Assembly (NCBI RefSeq): GCF_006345805.1
Contig: NC_043001.1
Span: 38,502,001-38,566,000 of the forward strand
Source: Octopus sinensis
Taxonomy: Eukaryota
Length of the DNA: 64,000 bases
Reading direction: 5' to 3'
The position numbers and the translations under genes were made by a program. Of this stretch, positions 57,217 to 64,000 are shown in pieces. Numbering within the stretch: position 1 is the first letter of the stretch; every line of letters starts with the position of its first letter. The notes below the pieces were generated by a model, which had not been told where the DNA came from, made no database searches, and saw only the letters and a list, made by a program, of their open reading frames with translations.

Positions 57217-57766
57217 CAGTAATGACTCGATATACGAGTTAATTTATTCCCAGAGACCGCTTGTAAAGCGAAGACTTGCAAAGCAGAACAATAATTTCTC
57301 ATAGTAGCGATGTTATAAAATCGTAATTCGTTTCCAGAAAAATATTTTACCTATAAAATTTATAATAAATGGCAATAAACAAGAGTAGAATGTAAAGAAT
57401 ATTTTATGTAAAGTAAAAAGAATATCAAGATCATTTATAACAAAAAATTATTATTATTATTATTTTCTGAATCACTTTCACTGGCACTAGATTCGAGCAC
57501 ACCACTTCGACGCGATCGCCGATTCACAAGCACTCGTAGACGGACTTGTAAATTAAAACAAAAACAAATCTAGAGTTTTTGCTTAGAAGAAAGCTTTTTT
57601 CGCTATCTATAAATTTTTCGCTAACAAGCAGAAGACTTTGTCATGGTAGTAGAAACTTCTGCACTTCGTTCAAAATTTGGATCTTGTACTTAAAAAATAT
57701 ATTATAAAATAAAACTCGTAAACCCTGGTCTCGTAAAGCGGGTCATTGTAAAGTGAGCTATTACTG
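57217..57766. mobile_element. Tigger/pogo-like MITE
   Basis: Ends CAGTAATGACTCGATATACG / ...GTAAAGTGAGCTATTACTG followed by TA; repeated cgtaaagcg motifs. Confidence 0.55.
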
Positions 57767-58214
57767 TATACATATTTGATTTTTATTTAACTCATAGGCT
57801 TTATATTTCAGGTATAGGCAACTTGGTAGTTGTGATGCTTATATATTTTCCGATGTTATTAACTGTGTACGTGTAGGGAGACTTTAAATTTTGCAAGATT
57901 TGAATTTGCAACATACTCGCTTCACCAAAGCAATGGAATATATTGAATTCTTGCATTGGTACAAAATCGCACTTCAAAACACTAATGGTTTCATTGACAA
58001 TAAAAAGTAAAACTCAACCGCGGTGGCATTCACTTTGTTATCGGTACGCAGAGATGTAAATTAAAAGTAATAAGCCATTTAGTACAGCAGTCTATGGTTT
58101 CTGTTGCTCCACTTCTCTGAAAATATGGAATATATCAAACGTCAATAAATATTACAAATGAATAGTTACAAATAGATATTCTTCCCATCGCGCAAAACGC
58201 AATATTTTTAACAT

Positions 58215-59010
58215 AATACACACAATATTATTTGCTGGCAGAATCGTTAGTACACCGGGCAAAATGCTTAGCGGCATTTCGTCCGTCTTTATGTTCTGAG
58301 TCCGAATTCCACCAAAATCGACTTTTCCTGTCGGGGGTCAAGTACTGTGGTGATGTAATCAATTCTCCTGTCCTGAAATTGCTGGCTTTGTGCAAAAAAT
58401 TAAAACCATCATTCGCAGGCGATTTCCGTTCCGCAAACTCAAAGTGACTGAGAGGTCGTTTAGAAAGATTATTCCGTAAAATTATAGCAATATTTTTAAT
58501 CGAAACTTAAATATGAAGAATTTGTAACTAATACTTAAATAGAGCATTCGAGGGAGAAAATGGAATTCATTCTCGAAGGAGAAAATTATTGGCTTCTTTA
58601 CAATGAAAACCTCAATTAACTAACAATGACATTAGATTCTGTTTCTATAGACCGACTTCAGTTACAAGAGATTAGAGAATTATAATACAAGCCACCATGA
58701 TATTAATGAATGTTACTGTCATTTCATGCTTTTAGTATCACTTTATTTTGACTTTAGTAATTTTAGTCGTGTTATTTACGATTTCGGCGAGCTGGCAGAA
58801 GCGTTAGCACGCCGGGAGAAATGCGTAGCCGTATTTCGTCTGCCGTTACGTTCTGAGTTCAAATTCCGCCGAGGTCGACTTTGCCTTTTATCCTTTCGGG
58901 GTCGATAAATTAAGTACCAGTTACGCACTGGGGTCGATATAATCGACTTAATCCGTTTGTCTGCCCTTGTTTGTCCCCTCTGTGTGTAGCCCATTGTGGG
59001 AAGTAAAGAA
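58215..59010 (+). mobile_element. Two Nin/Deu-domain-like SINE copies (58215-58420 and 58780-59010)
   Basis: Same head and core as the 39890-40410 cluster. Confidence 0.7.
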
Positions 59011-59955
59011 ATAGTTATTAACGATTTCGTTTTTGTACTTCTGTAAATCTAATCAACATAATTTTGCAGCCGGATCTGTATGAGATAAATATTGAAACAG
59101 GAATATTTAAACAGAACCAGAAAAACCGAAATTAAACACATGCATGAGAAATGATATATATTCACGTATATATACACACACAAGTACACACCTCCACTCA
59201 TCATCTATTCAACCTCTCCAAGATTTGAGTAGATGCCCTTTCCAAATCAAAGAACATTAATGTTAAGCAAGGAACATATATTATGCAGTAGACCCCACAT
59301 TAAGTAGCTCTGCACTGTGTATCGGTTTCACAATTTAAATATCATAATTGAAAACAAAAGACTGCGTTTATGGAGGCACAAAAATTACAACTAGGGTAAC
59401 TATACTAAAAATAAACACAAACAAAAACCATCAAGTGTTCGCTCTTTTGACAAGATAGTTGACATTTTTTCCTGGCCAGTTTCCAAAATGTATATCAAAA
59501 AGATTCATTCAGAGGATCTTGTTCAATATGCTGGTGATATTTCAAGAAGATAAAATTCAATATTTGTGGAATACTAGATACTTTTTTCATATATATCTAC
59601 TTTTGAAAATTATAACACAAAATTTTGTCTTTCCTATAGACTCATTACTTTTATCCTATCATTAGCAATTTAATTCGTTGTGTAATTGAAGAGTCTTTTA
59701 GCTATGAAAAGTGATTACAAAATTTTTTTTTAACTGTATATAAGAAACGGCGTAGAACTGTTGATGGAAAAACTAAAGTGAGAGAAATGAATGAAGTATA
59801 ATACCAAAAGAACATAAAATGAGATAGAAAATGAAAAGAGAAAAAACAAAGAAAAATAAAAAAGAAAGGAAAAAGCTTGAGAACAAAAGAAAATATCTGG
59901 CCAATTAATTTTCAATTTATTCTGAGAGAGATAGAATTTAATGAATTTAAATTAG

Positions 59956-60364
59956 GTTATACAGAAGTCAATCTGATTTAAGTTTTGAAACAGAAGCATC
60001 GCTATTAGCTGCATGGAAAGACGAAGAGCTGAGAACAAGCTGTTACAATCGCATTTCAACATTCAGACAATGCAATGAAAATGTAAGGGCAAAGGCTATT
60101 TATAGGCCTTTACATCCAATTTACAGGCCATTTTCATCTAAAAGCAGATGTCGAGTCAACAGCGTGTTGGGTATCAACCGAAAATCCATTTCTGGAGATG
60201 CCGACTACAGAACAAATCGCTTCAAATATTGTAATGAAGTGTTGCTAAAAAAAGATTGTTCACTATCGTACACTCATCCGTAAAAGCCAGCTAAATGCCT
60301 CCGTTTATAAAAAGATTACATTATTAGTACAGTAAAAGAAATCAACAAAATTAAAGGAAATAAA
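59956..60364 (+). CDS. Candidate terminal coding exon (about 100 codons, 5 Cys, stop at 60281-60283) with AATAAA at 60359-60364
   Basis: Stop-free frame 59951-60280 with no in-frame ATG: LYRSQSDLSFETEASLLAAWKDEELRTSCYNRISTFRQCNENVRAKAIYRPLHPIYRPFSSKSRCRVNSVLGINRKSISGDADYRTNRFKYCNEVLLKKDCSLSYTHP*. Possible acceptors at 59955, 59964 or 59993. Confidence 0.5.
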
Positions 60365-60483
60365 AGTATATTAAAAGTATCAACAGAAAGAAAAATTTTA
60401 AACCTTTCATGCCACTTTCCGAGACGATATCGGAAAATTAGATTGCGTAATCGACAACGTTTCCTTAGGAAAATAGCTTGCAC

Positions 60484-60632
60484 TAGGAGCGGACTGAGAG
60501 TATTAAGGGCCCCCAGGCATAACTGTTTGCCGGGCCCCTTAGCAGTGATAAGTTAACATGTAGAGCGCGGGCTCCTCTGAGCTCCGAGCCCTCGGGCAGT
60601 GCCCGATTGACCGACGGCTCAGTCCACCCCTG
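60484..60632. mobile_element. GC-rich MITE (hAT-like ends)
   Basis: TAGGAGCGGACTGAG / CTCAGTCCACCCCTG (12/15 match) with an internal gggcccccaggca..tgccgggcccc hairpin; no TSD found. Confidence 0.5.
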
Positions 60633-60980
60633 GCGCCCGTGTGTATGTATGTATGTACATAATTCTGCGCCCGTATGTATGTATGTATGTATGTATGTAT
60701 GTATGTATGTATGTATGTATGTATGTATGTATGTATGTATGTATGTATGCATGCATGCAGTTACGTATGCATGTATGTGTGTGTGTGTGTGTGTGTGTAT
60801 GTGTGTATGTGTGTGCGTGCGCGTGCCCGCGTGTGTATGTGTGTGTGTATGTGTGTGTGTGTGTGTGTGTGTGTAATGTATTTGCTTCGCCGAAATTAGT
60901 TACACTGAAGTAGATTACTTTCATATGTAATACAAAGCACGAGGTTGAGTTTCATATTTTTATTTAAAAGTTTTCACTGT

Positions 60981-61023
60981 TGTCGCTCTGAGGACGACCA
61001 GCGATCGAAACGATCGTATGGCA
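60981..61023 (+). ncRNA. Degenerate hammerhead-like motif
   Basis: CTGAGGA-C-GACC(agc)GATC-GAAAC-GATC-GTA^TGGCA; stems I and II are imperfect. Confidence 0.35.
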
Positions 61024-62749
61024 TACTTTCATACAATCTGTTTAAGTCATATGCTAGTAGTCAATGCTCTACGCCGAATACGCAGTGAATTATCTCCCGC
61101 GAAACAGTGAATCGACATAAGACTGAACAACTCAAAGAAGACCGAGAATATAACTAGCGCCATATTTTATTAAATTATTGGAATAGCAGTCAATTGTAGA
61201 CTGTTACAAAAAAAACGACCACTAAATTCTTTCAAATATTAGGCACACTTAAGGAATCTTTAACACAAAATCATATACATACTGTTTCAACAGCAACTTA
61301 AGAAAACAATAAATTTAATGATACAAAGGAAAATTTTAAAAAGCACTTCATTCGCTTTAAACACTGTAAAATGAATTCACAGGATCATTTTTGTTTAAAA
61401 ATGAATTTTTATTTCAGTGAATTAAAATAATTTGTTATATCAGTTTCAAATTTAAGGCCAGCAATTCCGTGGGAGCCGGTAAGCAAATTACATTGACCTC
61501 AGCGCAAGTAAAGTTTGAATAGATGAAGGTATTAAAAACTAGGTTGCTTAGTTTGTATATTCTACAGTAATGGTCAAGTAATGATGTCTTTCATAAAATG
61601 AAGTAACGAATGTTTGAATTGCGAAAAGCTAGTAGAAACCAACCTTTTGAGTATTCACGTTTTCAAAAATTATCATGATTCACTGTATTCCACTTGCCCC
61701 ACTACACCACACACAACAACAACAGGATCGAGTTAACGAGGAAGAATCTACGTAGTAGCTCCACCTACTAAAATAACTGTCAAATAGCTCGCTAACAAAC
61801 CTGTCTTAGAGAACATTTCACGGAGTTAGTTGAGTTGATGAATAAAGCTGGTTTGAGTTCCAATGTACGTGTGTATGTAGATTAAGGAAGAAACATAAAA
61901 CCACGAAGATTAAATGCGATGATTTATTCAATCTGTTAAAGAGTATTAACACGGTAACGTTGCTGAGATACATCTTGAAATATAATATTGTCAGCAAATA
62001 TGCACAATGATTCTCATGCAGTTGGTATATGATGTATGCGGCGTTGAACAGGAAAACAAATACGAGACATGACTTCTGCTGGCAGGCAAAAACAGGCGTA
62101 CGCGTCGGAGGCTATCAGCGAAATAAAACTTGATCTCTGTCGAGATCTGAACCTGACCGCGCAACTCGCCTCACCAAAGAAATAGAGAACACCACCCTTA
62201 TATAGCTGACAGTGGGCTCCCAGCGAACAGGCACAAATTTCCCAGGCTCGGCTGGTCTGTCATGTGATGGGATGGAACAGGACTCAACTATCACGTGACC
62301 AGGTCATGCGACCACTTGTAAAAAAAAACAACGTACAAATCGATATACGCCTACTTAAAGGTAAACATGCAAAATGTGAACATATACACTTTAGACAACA
62401 CAGACTTAGATATAATTCTCTGGATAAAGACGGATGGAATGTCTTAAAGAGTTAAATAAGAATTGCAATAACTACACCGGCAGGAACATCAACGGACAAA
62501 AAAAATGACTGGATCTAATTCACTAAGCCTATTTGAACAAAACATTTACCTAATCATTTATTTGCAAGATACCACATGAGATACACTACACCACAAGCGT
62601 AGCTTTACAATATTTGATGTGCTTCAGAAACTTATCAACAAGTTATTTGCAAATAGTTAAGGTTAAAGTTGGTTTCACTTATCTAAGGGCAAACTTTTCA
62701 TCTATAAAGTGGTCTTTGAAAGAACAAATTAAAAGGAAACTAATGAGTT

Positions 62750-62755
62750 ATTATT

Positions 62756-62814
<59 letters not shown>

Positions 62815-62864
62815 GTCTGTCTGTCTGTCTGCCTGCCTGTCTTCTCTGTCTATCTATCTGTCTG

Positions 62865-62929
<65 letters not shown>

Positions 62930-62957
62930 TTGTCTGTCTGTCTGCCTGTCTTCTCTG

Positions 62958-63016
<59 letters not shown>

Positions 63017-63054
63017 GTCTGTCTGTCTGTCTGTCTGTCTGTGCCTGCCTGTCT

Positions 63055-63143
<89 letters not shown>

Positions 63144-63145
63144 TT
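62750..63145. repeat. Compound (TCTA)n/(TCTG)n microsatellite; similar tracts at 32265-32420, 35370-35470, 36410-36585 and 63510-63820
   Basis: Seen directly. Confidence 0.95.
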
Positions 63146-63511
63146 AGGACAATGGCTTCAATTATCAATTTGTTTCTACTTGTCTCCGGAACCCTTCAAA
63201 TTCATTTTTTAACCGTCTAGAAATCTACGTTGTTCTACATAAAATATATTCAGTTGTAATTCTCATATCTATTAAATACGTTTAGGATAGACCTTTTCCA
63301 TTAAATCTTGCCATACCCAACACCGAAACAAAAAGCCAATATTTTAAATTATTTTTTTGATAATTATTTCCATTCATCTTACAGTAAAAGAGCGTCTACA
63401 AACCTCTTGAAAATTCTACTCGAGGGTACAGGTGGTACAAGGTAGGTGCTCACTCTCATTCCAGTTTCGATGTATTCAGAATATTTTTGATTGAGGAGAT
63501 TAGAATCGCTA

Positions 63512-63599
<88 letters not shown>

Positions 63600-63608
63600 A
63601 TCTATCTA

Positions 63609-63647
<39 letters not shown>

Positions 63648-64000
63648 GCCTGCCTGTTTGTTAATCTGTTTGCCTGTATGTCCGTCTGCCCGTCTTTCTG
63701 CTTGTCTATCTGTTTGCCTATCTGTTTGCCTATCTGTTGTCTGTCTGTCCGTCTGCCCGTCTGCCCATCTGCCCGACCCTCTGTCTGTCTGTCTGCCTGC
63801 CTGTCTTGTCTGTCTGTCTATATGAACGCCTTTTTGTCATTTCAGTCTTTTTACCCATACTAATACCAAATGTCTCCATATGTGTTTGAGTGCGTGTGAC
63901 TGTGCATGCGAGTGAGTGCATTGTGTGTATGTGTGTGCGCGTGTGTGTGAGTGCATTGTGTTTGTGAGTCTGAGTGTGAGTACATTGTGTGGGTGTGGAT

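Overview
AT-rich, microsatellite-dense eukaryotic DNA, most likely from an octopus/cephalopod genome (inferred from the tRNA-head and Nin/Deu-type SINEs and the repeat style; not verified by search). Most of the window is transposon debris: RTE, Tx1/L1, R4/Dong-type, CR1-type and I/Jockey-type LINEs, Penelope-like elements, a Gypsy LTR plus integrase, a full-length but decayed Chapaev3-type DNA transposon, a mariner, MITEs and many SINEs. Nearly all ORF-track entries are microsatellite or antisense artefacts. Two things are not in the ORF track. (1) A set of short non-coding fold-back elements carrying minimal type I hammerhead ribozyme motifs at 43.5, 44.7, 48.0 and 50.3 kb, plus degenerate motifs at 12.5 and 61.0 kb. 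One is a very young 323-bp-arm palindrome whose ribozyme has the compensatory U3:A8 core. These resemble Penelope-mobilised, retrozyme-like elements, and a Penelope RT/GIY-YIG element lies in the same window. (2) A probable spliced host gene on the + strand for a small secreted, Cys-containing protein, with a signal-peptide exon at 45151-45268 and a putative last exon near 59956-60364. If the exons belong to one gene, most of the ribozyme palindromes sit in its introns. All calls were made by eye; no searches or folding programs were run.
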